Shown here in pieces: positions 31,670-41,493 of a stretch of 64,000 nt of DNA. Below the pieces are notes generated by a model. The model saw only the letters and a list, made by a program, of their open reading frames with translations, did no database searches and was not told where the DNA came from. The stretch comes from Promethearchaeota archaeon. Its GTDB lineage: Archaea; Asgardarchaeota; Lokiarchaeia; Sigyniarchaeales; SOKP01. The stretch's first letter is position 1. Every line of letters begins with the position of its first letter. Location of the stretch: NCBI GenBank assembly GCA_004524725.1, contig SDNW01000002.1, forward strand, positions 4,792-68,791, written 5' to 3'. Made by a program: the position numbers and the translations under genes.

Positions 31670-32971
31670 TTATTCACGAAATGTGAACCTATTAGATTTA
31701 TAAACCACATTTCCCTCTTGATTCTGATATGCAAGAGTATTAGGAGGAATATCATTATTTATTAGTGTTTGTGCTCCTATAATCGAGTTCTCGTAAATAA
31801 TTTTACCACACATAATACTAGCATTAATCCCAGTTTGAGAATAAGGCCCAATAATGCAACCTAATTTTCTTCGTTTGGAATCGATACATTTTCCTTTTAT
31901 ATTCATTTTCACTGATTTATCATCAAATCTTAAATTCGAAGTTTTAGTACCAGCTCCTAAATTAACATGTTCACAAATGATAGAATCTCCTACATAATTA
32001 AAATGAGGAATAGCGGAATAAGAAAATATAATAGAATTTTTAATTTCGGACATACCTATATGACAAAAATTCCCAATTGAACAATAGGGTCGTATGTACG
32101 CATTAGGGCCGATCTTACAATTCTCTCCAATAGAAACGGGACCTTGAATATATGTACCCGATTTTACTACGGTATTTTTTCCTATGGATACTATTCCATT
32201 GATTTTAACGTTATCTTCTATTGTTCCATTAGTTTTAACCTGTAGCTTATCAAGCAAATGTTTATTTGCATCAAGGAGTTGCCATGGTAGTCCTATATCA
32301 CTCCAAAAAATTTTTTGTATATCGTAACCAAAGATTTTACCCTTGAGATCGGTAATTAAGATTTGCATAGAATCAGTAAATTCATATTCATTACGAACCG
32401 ATTTTTGAGTCTTGTCTATTGCTTGAAATATCTGTGACGTAAAAATATAAATTCCCGCATTTGCTAAGTTTCCTAAATCTTCTTCGGGAGACGGTTTTTC
32501 CGTAATTTTAAATACATGTTGGTTACTATCTAAAGAAATAATTCCATATTCATTTGGATTTTGTACTTGAATTAAAGAAATTAACCCTTCTACCTGTCGT
32601 TGTTTGAATGCCTTAATCATTTCAATAAAAAGCGAATCATCTACTAAAATATCTCCATAAAGGAGAAGAAAAGAATCTTGTTCAACAAAATCTTTAGCAA
32701 AACCAGTTGCATGGGCAGTGCCCAAAAATTGATCTTGAGTGATATAATCTATCATGAGATTATATCTACTACCGTTTCCAAAATAATTTCTAATATATTC
32801 TTCCTTATAACCCACAATGAGTAAAATTTTTTTTATTCCCGCTGACTTTAAACTCAAGATTGTATGTTCCAATAACGGTTTTCCCCCAACAGGAATCATC
32901 GGTTTGGGTCGAGTAGAAGTAATAGGTCTTAACCTTTTACCTTCTCCCGCTGCTAGGATTACAGCTTTCAT
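31670..32971 (-). CDS. Bifunctional sugar-1-phosphate nucleotidylyltransferase / hexapeptide acyltransferase (archaeal GlmU-like)
   Basis: 433 aa. N-terminal MKAVILAAGEGKRLRPITSTRPKPMIPVGGKPLLEH. The C-terminal half is made of hexapeptide repeats (left-handed beta-helix). Confidence 0.8.
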   Translation of the reverse strand: MKAVILAAGEGKRLRPITSTRPKPMIPVGGKPLLEHTILSLKSAGIKKILLIVGYKEEYIRNYFGNGSRYNLMIDYITQDQFLGTAHATGFAKDFVEQDSFLLLYGDILVDDSLFIEMIKAFKQRQVEGLISLIQVQNPNEYGIISLDSNQHVFKITEKPSPEEDLGNLANAGIYIFTSQIFQAIDKTQKSVRNEYEFTDSMQILITDLKGKIFGYDIQKIFWSDIGLPWQLLDANKHLLDKLQVKTNGTIEDNVKINGIVSIGKNTVVKSGTYIQGPVSIGENCKIGPNAYIRPYCSIGNFCHIGMSEIKNSIIFSYSAIPHFNYVGDSIICEHVNLGAGTKTSNLRFDDKSVKMNIKGKCIDSKRRKLGCIIGPYSQTGINASIMCGKIIYENSIIGAQTLINNDIPPNTLAYQNQEGNVVYKSNRFTFRE

Positions 32972-33002
32972 AATTAACTAATAAAAAGCATTCTATTAGA
33001 AA

Positions 33003-33890
33003 TTATTGATCAAATTGATTAATAATTTCATCCAAATAGGTCTTTAATGAGCGAAAAGGTTTTAAATCTCCCGAGAATTCATGATGGAGAATTTGATCTT
33101 GGGAGATTTTTTGCTCTAGTTCGATAAATATTTCCTTAATTTTGTTAAAATCTCCCGCCGCAAAAAAGTCCAAAGAATAACCATTTATATGCCCATAGAG
33201 AATGAGCTTTCTGCATCCATTATCATCTAAATCATTAAAATGGATTTCCTTAATATTAGTTTTAGCCCGAATTTGAGTATTCATCGCAATAGTTGCTAGT
33301 TTTGCTGAAAGATTAGAGCTAAATAATTCAATATTTTCATTATTAATAACGCGAGAAAGATTTTTTAAGAGACTCTTATCATAGAGTTGCGAAATAATTG
33401 GAAGCCCTTGGGAAGATATCCCACAATAAATAATTTTATTCTCAGTATCGTTGCATTTATAGGTTATGGCCTCATCTTCAATGGGATCCCGATATTTATC
33501 CCATAAATAACCGGTGATTAGCTTAATAATTACTTTAAATTCAGATTTTTTTGCTGCTTTCTGTATTTTTCCTCCCGATTCATAATTTGCCTTAACCTTC
33601 TCAACGTATTCAACCAACATTTTATTTGCCTCTTCAGAATCGGACAGAAAATCACCAGTAATGCAGAAAAATAGATGATTTCCTTCAGGAGTAAGATCAT
33701 GGTGAATAATCATGCGTTCCTTTCCAGAATCTCCTTCAAAATAGATATTAGATAAACGCCAAGTATTTTTTGGATTAATACTTGTTATTAATTTTTGGAC
33801 AAATAGGACTATCTCAAAAAAATTGTACTTCTTATTGTTTGAAACGTATATAATATCCTCATTTACGATGATCGCAAATCCAGTAATCAT
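33003..33890 (-). CDS. Two-domain longin/roadblock-like protein (hypothetical)
   Basis: 295 aa. The N-terminus (ITGFAIIVNEDIIYVSN...LFFCITGDF...ANKMLVEYVEKV) follows a beta-beta-alpha-beta-beta-alpha longin-like pattern. A second similar unit is in the C-terminal half. Confidence 0.45.
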   Translation of the reverse strand: MITGFAIIVNEDIIYVSNNKKYNFFEIVLFVQKLITSINPKNTWRLSNIYFEGDSGKERMIIHHDLTPEGNHLFFCITGDFLSDSEEANKMLVEYVEKVKANYESGGKIQKAAKKSEFKVIIKLITGYLWDKYRDPIEDEAITYKCNDTENKIIYCGISSQGLPIISQLYDKSLLKNLSRVINNENIELFSSNLSAKLATIAMNTQIRAKTNIKEIHFNDLDDNGCRKLILYGHINGYSLDFFAAGDFNKIKEIFIELEQKISQDQILHHEFSGDLKPFRSLKTYLDEIINQFDQ

Positions 33891-34222
33891 AAGAAACTTC
33901 GTTTTCGTTTTAACTAAACAAAGTAATGGTATTACTCTAAAAATTTAAAATTATGCAATTTTTAAAATTTTTATTATTATAATCACAAAATTAAATTTAA
34001 TTTCTGCTTTTATATAATAGTCGAAATAAGTTGGAGAAAAACGGTCTTTTTTAACAATCATGAATTTTTTTTTAGCTCGGAGGATAAGAAGTAAAGCCTT
34101 CACAAAAACCCGTAAAACTAAAGAGATTTTTAAAGAATAAAGACAAATATTTTATATAATGATTTTCACTTAATGCTAAATGGAGTTAATACCACAATAG
34201 AGTCACAACTGCTTGAGAATAT

Positions 34223-35023
34223 ATGAAAGTAATAAAGTTATTAGAAAAAAAAAAGATTTTCCGCGCAGCAGAAATGTTATTCAAAGCAAAGGATGCCATT
34301 GTATTAACTGGTGCGGGAGTATCAACCGAATCGGGAATACCCGATTTTAGAGGAGATGGAGGTATTTGGGAAAAGTATAAGCCTGAAATCTATGGAAATA
34401 TACAAGCCTTTATAAAAAACCCCGCAAAATTCTGGGAGTTAGCCGAAAAGGTGGCACCAACCTTATTTAAAGCTAAACCTAATGCAGGTCACATAGCACT
34501 AGCAGAATTAGAAAAAATGGATATAATTAAAGCGATTATCACCCAAAACATTGATGAATTGCATCAAAAAGCAGGTGCTGTTATTGTGTATGAGGTCCAC
34601 GGCAATATCAATCGTTTTACTTGTTTAGGATGCAAAGCCTCTTACACGAAGGAACAAGTGTTAAAAAAATTAAAAAAAGAAAAAAATTATCCTCCGCTGT
34701 GTGATGTGTGCACTGCCCCATTAAAACCTTCCGTAACCCTTTTTGGAGAAGCTCTCCCTACCTTCGAAATATATCAGTCTCAAGCGCTATCTCAAAAGGC
34801 AGATGTAATGTTAATAGCGGGATCTTCTTTAGAAGTTGCCCCTGTTTCGAACTTGCCGTTATATACCTTAAGAGAGGGAGGAAAGCTGATTATTGTTAAT
34901 GATCAGCCAACTTATTTAGATGAAAAAGCAGAAGTTGTTATTCATCATAAGACTGGAACTGTTCTACCATTGATAGTAGAAGAGGTTAAAAAACTTAAAG
35001 CAAGAAAAGATTCAAAGAATTAG
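34223..35023 (+). CDS. cobB: NAD-dependent protein deacylase, Sir2 family (sirtuin)
   Basis: 266 aa. GAGVSTESGIPDFRG, TQNIDELH, catalytic His (EVHGN), Zn module CLGC...CDVC, and GSSLEVAPV. Confidence 0.9.
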   Translation: MKVIKLLEKKKIFRAAEMLFKAKDAIVLTGAGVSTESGIPDFRGDGGIWEKYKPEIYGNIQAFIKNPAKFWELAEKVAPTLFKAKPNAGHIALAELEKMDIIKAIITQNIDELHQKAGAVIVYEVHGNINRFTCLGCKASYTKEQVLKKLKKEKNYPPLCDVCTAPLKPSVTLFGEALPTFEIYQSQALSQKADVMLIAGSSLEVAPVSNLPLYTLREGGKLIIVNDQPTYLDEKAEVVIHHKTGTVLPLIVEEVKKLKARKDSKN

Positions 35024-35042
35024 TATATAGCTTTTATAATAA

Positions 35043-36626
35043 ATGATAGATGAAGGTTTAATTGTTAAAGATTGGAGATATGTTGATCTAACGTTTGGTT
35101 TAATATACCCTAATTCCTATAAATTGGCGAATTCTTCTTACACCATACGCCTTCTTTATTACATGATAAACGCTTATGAGAGGTTTCTTTGTGAAAGAAT
35201 ATTTCTTCCTGAAAGAGTAAAATATCCGGCATCTAATGATCACTCCTCGATAAATCTCATCCGGAGTTTAGAAAATAAAATTTTACCTGCAGAATTTGAT
35301 ATTTTAGGGATTTCTGTGCATTATGAAAATGATTTAAAAAATATTCTTTGGATTTTGGATAAGGCCAAAATACCACTCTATCGAAAAGAGAGGAATAGAC
35401 TACGAGAAAAAGAGGATTTAATTTATCCTTTATTAATTGCTGGCGGTCCAGTCATTACTTCTAATCCATTACCATTAAGCAAAATTTTTGATGTGTTTTT
35501 CATAGGAGATTCAGAACAAACCCTAATACCCTTTTTAGATAAATTTTCTGACTTTAAATTAGGAGATTGTAATAGGGATAAGTTCTATACTAATTTAATA
35601 AACTTAGAAAATATCTATATTCCTGAACTAAATAATCATCCAAAGAGAGGAGTATTAAAAAATCTTGACGAGTCACCAAATCCAATATCTCAAACCATTT
35701 CTCAAAGTCAAAAGGAAGACACGATATTGGAAAGAAATTTTTTTGTCGAAGTAAATCGAGGGTGTCCCTACCAATGTAAATTTTGTATATCCTCTTTTCA
35801 TAATAGTCCTTTTAGGAATAAGAGTTATACTAATATTATCCATTTAATTGATGAAGGAATACGAAGAATCCATTTCGAGAAAATAAGTCTAATCGGCTCA
35901 TGCGTCTCATCCCATCCAAAGTTCAAAGATATTTGCGAATATGTTATTACGAAAGGAAAGAAATTAAGTATACCTTCAATAAGACTAGATCATATAACAG
36001 AGGATTTGATTTATCTCTTTGAAAGAGCCAATATGAATTCAATAACTATTGCTCCCGAAACCGGTTCAGAATCATTAAGGTTTAATCTGGGGAAAAAAGT
36101 TACAAATCAAAAAATTTTAGACGTAGCGACAAAGATCTTTAACTCATCTATCCGATACATTAAATTTTACTTCCTGTTAGGCTTACCTTCTGAATCAGAT
36201 GATGATATTGAAGCGATTATTAATTTATTGAAAGAATTAGACGAGATTGGATTTGAAAGGGGGGCATTAAAGGTAAACATTAACCCTTTTATTCCCAAAT
36301 TAAACACTCCTTATGGTAATTTTGTGAATAACTATTTAAATGATAGTTTTGAGCAACTAATTTCACGATTTCAAAGATTAACCAAGGAATTAAAAAAAAT
36401 AAGGGCAGTGAGGTTGAAATCTTCCCATCCTAAGGAAGTATTAAAAAGTGCGAAATTGCAAACTCTCTTTTCTTTAGGAGATACCACAATCTCAAAAATT
36501 ATTATTGAATATTATCAGAATGGAGCAAAATATAATGATTTTCAGATAGCGGAAAAGTCTCTGGAGTTTTCATCAGATAATTATTTAGGAAAAATTCAAG
36601 AAGGCTATATTCCATGGATGATTTAA
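35043..36626 (+). CDS. Radical SAM protein with N-terminal B12-binding-like domain
   Basis: 527 aa. CxxxCxxC cluster motif NRGCPYQCKFC. The N-terminal Rossmann-like region is typical of the COG1032 family. Confidence 0.8.
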   Translation: MIDEGLIVKDWRYVDLTFGLIYPNSYKLANSSYTIRLLYYMINAYERFLCERIFLPERVKYPASNDHSSINLIRSLENKILPAEFDILGISVHYENDLKNILWILDKAKIPLYRKERNRLREKEDLIYPLLIAGGPVITSNPLPLSKIFDVFFIGDSEQTLIPFLDKFSDFKLGDCNRDKFYTNLINLENIYIPELNNHPKRGVLKNLDESPNPISQTISQSQKEDTILERNFFVEVNRGCPYQCKFCISSFHNSPFRNKSYTNIIHLIDEGIRRIHFEKISLIGSCVSSHPKFKDICEYVITKGKKLSIPSIRLDHITEDLIYLFERANMNSITIAPETGSESLRFNLGKKVTNQKILDVATKIFNSSIRYIKFYFLLGLPSESDDDIEAIINLLKELDEIGFERGALKVNINPFIPKLNTPYGNFVNNYLNDSFEQLISRFQRLTKELKKIRAVRLKSSHPKEVLKSAKLQTLFSLGDTTISKIIIEYYQNGAKYNDFQIAEKSLEFSSDNYLGKIQEGYIPWMI

Positions 36627-36636
36627 AAAAAAAAGA

Positions 36637-37140
36637 TTATTCTACTTTTTCAAATGCTTTTTGAGTAGCTCCGCATATCGGACATTTATCAGGGGCATCA
36701 CCTTCATGAGTATATCCGCACACAGAGCATACATAGATGTCGGTTTCCTCAAGATCCTCTCCCTTTTCTGCCGATTTCAATGCTTTTTCATAAAGTTTAT
36801 GGTGTATTTTTTCTACTTCATTGGCATATTTAAAAGATCTTTCAGCACGCGAATTTCCTTCTGTTTTAGCAATCTCAATAAATTCAGGATACATTTCCGT
36901 GAATTCGTGAAATTCTCCTCCAATAGCCTCCTTTAAATTTTCTTCAGTAGACATTATACCGTCTAAGGAACGAAGATGATTGTGAGCATGTACTGTTTCA
37001 GCAGCGGCAGCAGCTCGAAAAAGATGTGCTATCCCAGGAAATCCCTCATTTTCAGCTTTTTTAGCGAAGGCTAAATATTTTCTATTAGCTTGTGATTCGC
37101 CAGCAAAAGCCGTCATTAAATTTTCTTCAGTTTTGGTCAT
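36637..37140 (-). CDS. rbr: Rubrerythrin
   Basis: Ferritin-like diiron motifs (E..A..KYL.FA..AE.EG; ETVH; E..E; EKIH) plus a C-terminal rubredoxin CSVCG...CPICG. The track start is GTG 37149; ATG 37140, preceded by GAGGAG, is preferred. Confidence 0.9.
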   Translation of the reverse strand: MTKTEENLMTAFAGESQANRKYLAFAKKAENEGFPGIAHLFRAAAAAETVHAHNHLRSLDGIMSTEENLKEAIGGEFHEFTEMYPEFIEIAKTEGNSRAERSFKYANEVEKIHHKLYEKALKSAEKGEDLEETDIYVCSVCGYTHEGDAPDKCPICGATQKAFEKVE

Positions 37141-37284
37141 AATTAACACTCCTCAGTTATTGTTTATTTAGAGATTAGCACGAATCGCATATTAATATGG
37201 CTATTATATTTCATAAAAAACTCGCAGATGCGATTGTCCTTGAAAGATTACGATAATATGAAGTTAGGTGGGACCTAATAATTA

Positions 37285-38088
37285 TTAATTCAAAATTGTA
37301 CAGATCTTTGACACAATTTTTTGCAAGTAAAATTCTGCTACCCCAAATTTGGTCCGAGCATGAAAAATTAATATGATAAAGTATAAATCATTTATATACT
37401 CAGATAAAATCAATTCATTATCCCGAGAAGTATAAAAAAGTTTTAAAATTGAATTATTACAGATTTTAACGCGAAAGTCAACTTGCCTTAGGAATTTCTT
37501 TAGCTCTATATCTCTTAGTGAAGAATAAATTACATTACCTCTATCTGTTAAAAGAATACATCCATGAATTTCATCATTCTGTTGTATTTCTTCAAAGTAT
37601 TCAATTAGGGCCTCTTCTTTTTTTAGATCAAAATCTTTACTTAGAGTATCGCGTATTAGATCTTCCACCATGAAGTTCAGGTTCTCATCGTAAATATATT
37701 CAATATCTGTTTTAACATTATTTTTTTTAATATAGGTTAAAAAAATCGTATGAATTTGCGCAATAATTTCTTCTAATAAAGCAAGGTTTTCAAAAGTAGC
37801 GCATAATATGCAATAAAAAAGGTTACCCTTTTCAAAAACTACGAGTTTAATCCCACCCCCCATTTCGACCGTTTTAATTTTATCTCCAATCAATTCCTTA
37901 GTAAATGACATAAGTGCTGTAAAATAGGACGATATAAGCTGTTCTTGTTCAATTGTATAGATTTGAGAAAAATTAAGTCCATAAATACAAATCCCCGCTC
38001 GATTGAAAATAAATAGATTATGAATTTTCACTCCACTAAAACCACGTTTTATTTTGAGTAATTGTGAAGATTTTTCGGGAATACTCAT
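37285..38088 (-). CDS. Tandem longin-domain protein; N-terminal domain resembles clathrin-adaptor sigma / SNARE-like longin fold
   Basis: 267 aa. LFIFNRAGICIYGLNF...LISSYFTALMSFTKEL...IKLVVFEKGNLFYCILCATFENLALLEEIIAQIHTIFLTYI parallels the AP sigma pattern (ILI.NR.GK..L.K.Y...F..F...YR.YA.LYF...V....N.LA.LE.IH.FVE.L). A second unit begins around ILLTDRGNVIYSS. Confidence 0.55.
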   Translation of the reverse strand: MSIPEKSSQLLKIKRGFSGVKIHNLFIFNRAGICIYGLNFSQIYTIEQEQLISSYFTALMSFTKELIGDKIKTVEMGGGIKLVVFEKGNLFYCILCATFENLALLEEIIAQIHTIFLTYIKKNNVKTDIEYIYDENLNFMVEDLIRDTLSKDFDLKKEEALIEYFEEIQQNDEIHGCILLTDRGNVIYSSLRDIELKKFLRQVDFRVKICNNSILKLFYTSRDNELILSEYINDLYFIILIFHARTKFGVAEFYLQKIVSKICTILN

Positions 38089-38149
38089 ATTACCTTTTTA
38101 ATAGGGAACTATAAAAAGCACGTTCTTTTCAAATAAAAGTTTACAATTA

Positions 38150-39145
38150 TTAGAGTTCAACACTTTTTACTCCCTCAAAACATAATTTACATGGAAGTAT
38201 TGTAAAATTATTTTTAAGATATTTTTGCCGCAGCTCATATTCGTTTTCTATTGATGAAAGGATGGTTATTGATCCTCCTCCACCCGCACCATTACACTTA
38301 AATCCTAAAGCGTTACTTTCAGATGCGATTGCCTCTGCTTTTTCAATCAATTGGTTTGTCATGAGGGGATGAAGCCCTTTCTGGGCATTCCAATTTTCGT
38401 TCATAATTTTCCCTATCGCTTCAGTATTCGAATTTATAACAGTTCTCATTTTTTTAGCGCAATCTTTCATTATTTCAAGAGATTTGAGAGTTTTAGGATC
38501 ACCTTTCTTAAAATTTTTAATAACAGCTTTGTGCATCTCAGTTGAGCTTCTTGGACCAATGAAGAGTAAAATTATTTGCTTTTCTAATTCTAAAATCTTA
38601 CTTTCAGTGATTTGTATATGTTCGATATCAACTGAAGGATAATCTATATTCATAAAATTTACTCCTCCAAAAGCAGCAGCATATTGGTCTTGGACTCCAC
38701 TTTCCAATTTAAGCTCTTCAACTTCAAGAATATGGGCTAGTCTTGCTATTTCTCCAGAAGATAAGTTTACTTCTGCAATTTTAGCTAATGCTCCGAGTAA
38801 TGCTACCGCTAAACTCGCGCTGGTACCCATGCCACTTCCTGGAGGAGCCTCTGTTTTAATATGGATATCTAATCCTTTACTTATTTCTAAAATTTTTATT
38901 CCTGCTTTAATTAAATCCAAATTGCCATTATATTCGATGGAATTATAATCAGGTATGATGGTTTGAATTCCTAAATTATCAGAAATAATCCTTATTTCTT
39001 GAGATCTGTTTTCGATTAGGTAAATATAACTAAAAAGATCAACAGAAAAATTTAATACCGCACCTTTTTGATAGAACCACGTATCCGTCCATCCTCCAAT
39101 ATCGCATATTCTTACAGGGGCACGAGACAAAATTTTTTTTGGCAT
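38150..39145 (-). CDS. GHMP-family sugar kinase (HddA/fucokinase-like)
   Basis: 331 aa. The N-terminal SRAPVRICDIGGWTD and the GHMP motif PPGSGMGTSASLAVALLGAL. Confidence 0.8.
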   Translation of the reverse strand: MPKKILSRAPVRICDIGGWTDTWFYQKGAVLNFSVDLFSYIYLIENRSQEIRIISDNLGIQTIIPDYNSIEYNGNLDLIKAGIKILEISKGLDIHIKTEAPPGSGMGTSASLAVALLGALAKIAEVNLSSGEIARLAHILEVEELKLESGVQDQYAAAFGGVNFMNIDYPSVDIEHIQITESKILELEKQIILLFIGPRSSTEMHKAVIKNFKKGDPKTLKSLEIMKDCAKKMRTVINSNTEAIGKIMNENWNAQKGLHPLMTNQLIEKAEAIASESNALGFKCNGAGGGGSITILSSIENEYELRQKYLKNNFTILPCKLCFEGVKSVEL

Positions 39146-39481
39146 TAATTAAGCAAAAGATAAGGTATTTTAAAAAATTGATTTAATACCCTTCAAGTTC
39201 ATCAATTTCAAGAGGCAATCAAAAGCACCCTTAGCTGATTCTAATAAGCCAAATATACAAATGAGGTTCTATAAACGAGAAGTAGATTCAATATACTCTC
39301 AAATTTTCGAATATGCCTCGTATAAAGTGCAGAATTTTATTTTTTAATAGCTTTCATATATTGTGATTAGACCGACAATATTAACCTTCTATGATGATTT
39401 TTCAACTAACTTTAAATAGGAGCATGAAGAATTATATTTTAAATACAAATTTATTTTTAAACCATATTTAAAACAATTTTT

Positions 39482-39486
39482 GGAGG
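39482..39486 (+). promoter_or_regulatory. Shine-Dalgarno-like GGAGG 9 nt upstream of the ATG at 39496
   Basis: Read directly: tttttGGAGGaatataaaaATG. Similar purine-rich motifs precede 16060 (AAAGGAG) and 37140 (GAGGAG). Confidence 0.5.
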
Positions 39487-39495
39487 AATATAAAA

Positions 39496-39693
39496 ATGGC
39501 TAAAAAAGCAGCTGTGGACGCCCTTTTTGTAAAAAGTAAAGTACGAGAATATATCAAGTCGAAAGGATGTAATACAAGTGGCGATCTTATTGATGGAAAT
39601 GCATTAAATGATGCTATCGTCAAAGTACTTGATAATGCTATAGGAAGGGCTAAAGCAAATGGAAGAAAAACAGTCCAGGAAAAGGATCTTTAA
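39496..39693 (+). CDS. Small histone-fold-like protein (DUF1931-like)
   Basis: 65 aa. The C-terminal LNDAIVKVLDNAIGRAKANGRKTVQEKDL resembles the archaeal histone alpha2-L2-alpha3 region (...A...A.HAGRKTV...DI). Strong SD and an oligo-T terminator flank it. Confidence 0.5.
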   Translation: MAKKAAVDALFVKSKVREYIKSKGCNTSGDLIDGNALNDAIVKVLDNAIGRAKANGRKTVQEKDL

Positions 39694-39729
39694 AGCATCC
39701 TTTCCCATACCAACAAGATAATAAGTCGA

Positions 39730-39739
39730 TTTTTTTTTT
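39730..39739 (+). terminator. Oligo-T tract (T10), archaeal intrinsic terminator candidate
   Basis: A run of 10 T lies 37 nt downstream of the stop at 39693. Confidence 0.5.
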
Positions 39740-39960
39740 CTAAGTTATTTTCTTTTATTTTTTTCCAAAACTAAGTCATTAATAAATTAATAATTTCTTA
39801 CTGTTCTTATCCTTATATTATCAATTTAGTATTATTATCTTACACACACAACTTAGATATTTTAGAATAAAAAATTCGCCTAAATCGCCTTATCCTTTAA
39901 GCTAACCCTTATCTCTTGAATTTTTTATTCTGTCTTCTTCTTTTATCAATTTTAAAAGCA

Positions 39961-40485
39961 TTATTCCCTATCAATAATAAAGAATCCTGTTGATATTACG
40001 CTTTTTAATGCTTGGAGATCCTCCTTCAATCGTATTACTCGATCCTTTGGACCCGATACCGCTATAATTTCTAAACATTTTTCGAACTCCAGATGCACAT
40101 GCATTGTAGAGATAATTATGTCACCGAAATGATGTTGAATATCCATTTTTAAAAGTTCATCAGTTTGCTGCACATTTGCATATATTGGTCGAGAACTAAA
40201 GTCATGTTCATGATGATGATCGTTATCATGATTTACTTCATGTGAATGGATGTGTTCAGTCTGGTCCGTATCAGGTTTGACATGTTTATGAGCAATAATT
40301 AGAGATATACAACCTACAACTTTATCTGAACTCGCAGGGATAGTTTCTTCACTAACTAAAAATGAATAAATTGCTTTTCGAATAAAATCTGAACGTGAGA
40401 CTCCTAAGTTATTTCTAAACTTTTCAATTTGTTCATATAAGTCCGGAGGGAGCGAAACTGTAAAACGCTTATATTCTTCTTCCAT
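39961..40485 (-). CDS. nikR: Nickel-responsive regulator NikR (ribbon-helix-helix + metal-binding C-terminal domain) with His/Asp-rich insertion
   Basis: 174 aa. N-terminal CopG/RHH RFTVSLPPDLYEQIEKF...SRSDFIRKAI. C-terminal QHHFGDIIISTMHVHLEFEKCLEIIAV matches the NikR pattern QH....I.s..HvHLd...CLEv. A 30-aa His-rich insertion is present. Confidence 0.8.
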   Translation of the reverse strand: MEEEYKRFTVSLPPDLYEQIEKFRNNLGVSRSDFIRKAIYSFLVSEETIPASSDKVVGCISLIIAHKHVKPDTDQTEHIHSHEVNHDNDHHHEHDFSSRPIYANVQQTDELLKMDIQHHFGDIIISTMHVHLEFEKCLEIIAVSGPKDRVIRLKEDLQALKSVISTGFFIIDRE

Positions 40486-40505
40486 CTTAAAGGATATTTC
40501 GATTA

Positions 40506-41240
40506 TTATTTACGCATTAAAATTGCTATTGGAACACTAGCTTCTCGCCATTGAGCGATTTTCCCTGAATATTCTAAATCCAATTTGACTCTCCCATGAT
40601 CACCTAAAATAATCATTAAAGAATTATCGCGCAATTGTTTATAATTACTCAAGATCCATTTATCTGTACGTAGAATCAATTTTTCTATCAGATCTTCTGG
40701 CGTTCTCTGCTTTAATGCTTGTTGTTGTTTATGAAGATTTTCAAAATCTAAGTAATGCATCAGTGAAAGATCAAAGTTATTAATAGTTTTAGCAGATTCG
40801 ACCCAGGTACTCATATCGGTATCTTTAGGAACAGAATGCGTTCCCGCACTATATCGATCTAGGTCTTTTTTGCGAGCAACAAAACATGTTTTTTTACCAT
40901 GCTCATTTAAATATCGAAGCAAATGAAAGCCGTTTGGATTAGCTTCAAAGCCACCATACATAATTTGATGAAAAACGCCCAGAGTGTAAGGATTTCGCGT
41001 TGATAAAAGTAACATTGATTCAGAATTCGTAATCATGAACTGCGGTTTATGATATGTTATTTCAAATAATCCGAAATTGTCAATCATATTGATACTTATA
41101 CGTTCAATACCATTATATTGCTCCACAATTTCTTGTACGGAATCTGGAATATTATTTACTGGAGGGGGAATTCCAAGCAATTGCAGTATTGTTGCTGGCA
41201 GCTGATTCAAATAACATTTTAGAGTTTGAAGTTCACTCAT
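40506..41240 (-). CDS. Alkaline-phosphatase-superfamily-like protein (short; function unknown)
   Basis: 244 aa. INMIDNFG (metal-binding Asp-like) and IILGDHG near the C-terminus resemble nucleotide pyrophosphatase/phosphodiesterase-type metalloenzymes. A weak call. Confidence 0.35.
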   Translation of the reverse strand: MSELQTLKCYLNQLPATILQLLGIPPPVNNIPDSVQEIVEQYNGIERISINMIDNFGLFEITYHKPQFMITNSESMLLLSTRNPYTLGVFHQIMYGGFEANPNGFHLLRYLNEHGKKTCFVARKKDLDRYSAGTHSVPKDTDMSTWVESAKTINNFDLSLMHYLDFENLHKQQQALKQRTPEDLIEKLILRTDKWILSNYKQLRDNSLMIILGDHGRVKLDLEYSGKIAQWREASVPIAILMRK

Positions 41241-41493
41241 GATTTTAGCTGAAAAACTAGTTATTTTAAAGTATATTACAATATCTTAATACATATATTA
41301 TTATCATTAAATTATTAAAATTTAATATTATTTTTGATATTTGTATAATTAAGTCAATTAGAGTATGGCTGATGAAAATTTAGATGTTAGAATGCTATGA
41401 TGTTTCTTATATAATTATATTGGTATCAAAAAATTATTAAACTATAATATTATTGTTGATAATGTTAAAGTAAAGGCATTAAGGGTATATTTA

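Noticed and set aside
34223-36626. Sir2 + radical SAM pair as a possible NAD-depleting defence module
   Set aside because: The Sir2 protein has the full canonical sirtuin deacylase layout, including the CxxC...CxxC zinc module and a size of 266 aa. It has no fused sensor or effector domain (no TIR, HerA, pAgo or SLOG partner). The neighbour looks like a generic B12-domain radical SAM enzyme. A housekeeping interpretation is preferred.
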